64,000 bases of DNA from Candidatus Dojkabacteria bacterium (lineage in GTDB: Bacteria > Patescibacteriota > Dojkabacteria > SC72): the NCBI GenBank assembly GCA_040765985.1, contig JAXGRK010000003.1:2581-66580 (forward strand), read 5' to 3'. Below the pieces are notes generated by a model. The model saw only the letters and a list, made by a program, of their open reading frames with translations. It ran no database searches and had not been told where the DNA came from. The first letter of the stretch is position 1; every line of letters starts with the position of its first letter. Below, piece after piece: positions 63,893-64,000 of the stretch. A program made the translations under genes and the position numbers.

Positions 63893-64000
63893 TCAGAAAG
63901 TTCTAGCACTCTTCAACAAATTTAAAAGCAAATTACTATCAGCCACTCCAGCTACCCTAGGAATCATATCTGCATCCATAATCGTAGGAGTAATTTGTAC
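63893..64000 (-). CDS. hypothetical protein, 3' end only (5' off-window)
   Basis: The minus frame reads ...ITPTIMDADMIPRVAGVADSNLLLNLLKSARTF and stops at 63893-63895. Confidence 0.3.
   Translation of the reverse strand, partial: VQITPTIMDADMIPRVAGVADSNLLLNLLKSARTF

Noticed and set aside
1-64000. Alternative genetic code (UGA as Gly or Trp, as in some CPR lineages or Mollicutes) as the cause of the fragmented ORFs
   Set aside because: Adjacent fragments lie in different frames, so they are indels and not in-frame TGA codons. Long genes (helD, ftsZ, ftsA, typA, the NHL protein) are intact under the standard code. TGA also terminates genes sensibly, for example the ATGA overlap at 9586-9589.
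1-64000. Genuine genome-wide pseudogenisation (reductive decay) of dnaE, gatAB, prfB, ftsE and others
   Set aside because: These are normally single-copy essential genes whose fragments retain perfect catalytic motifs in collinear order. The resolved breaks sit in homopolymers, and a tRNA stem shows the same 1-nt deficit. Sequence error is the simpler explanation, though only reads can prove it.
1-64000. CRISPR arrays, rRNA genes, transposases, IS elements or integrases
   Set aside because: I saw no regularly spaced direct repeats. I saw no GC-rich rRNA-like blocks. No ORF has transposase or tyrosine- or serine-recombinase motifs. I cannot exclude small structured RNAs without covariance-model scans.

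Overview
The window is strongly AT-rich (by eye, not computed) and gene-dense. Its content is that of a small-genome bacterium, and I infer a CPR/Patescibacteria-like lineage. Evidence for that: bacterial housekeeping genes, many small membrane-anchored or secreted proteins, and cohesin, NHL, DUF4116 and LTD domains. Recognisable content: uvrC, dnaE, rplS, two divergent iPGM (gpmI) paralogs, HelD-like helicase, lgt, gatA and a separate gatB-gatC, rnhB, lepB, parA-parB, rlmB-like, rpmA / RNA methylase / rplU. A minimal division cluster runs ftsQ-ftsA-ftsZ-DUF167-ftsW. Also present: uppP, prfB, ftsE-ftsX-M23 peptidase, hpf, flavodoxin, typA, desulfoferrodoxin and 10 tRNAs. I recognised no rRNA, CRISPR array or intact mobile element. 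There are two headline observations. (1) On the order of 100 reading-frame breaks (hand estimate) interrupt highly conserved, normally essential genes. Most sites I resolved by hand are single-base deficits in homopolymer runs, and they cluster in patches. This looks like sequence or assembly error rather than biology, so fragmented genes are reported as whole-span frame-disrupted loci. (2) The most interesting locus is 54.1-58.2 kb. It encodes a TasA/camelysin-like protein with a SipW-cognate signal peptide and a dedicated SipW-type (S26B) signal peptidase. That peptidase is fused in frame to a second SipW-type signal-like segment plus a lamin-tail domain. Two further secreted beta-rich proteins follow, one with an in-frame TAA. 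An exact 13-mer sits just upstream of three of the start codons, and a 9-bp hairpin abuts the peptidase start codon. This is a candidate cell-surface fibre or attachment module. Secondary oddities: an apparently circularly permuted M23 peptidase after ftsEX, an FtsE with an alphaCTD/HhH-like tail, and a cupin PGI-like protein lacking the metal ligands. There are also a transglutaminase-like protein lacking the Cys, a degenerate Fic-like gene next to a tRNA pair, and two tRNAs with acceptor-stem defects.
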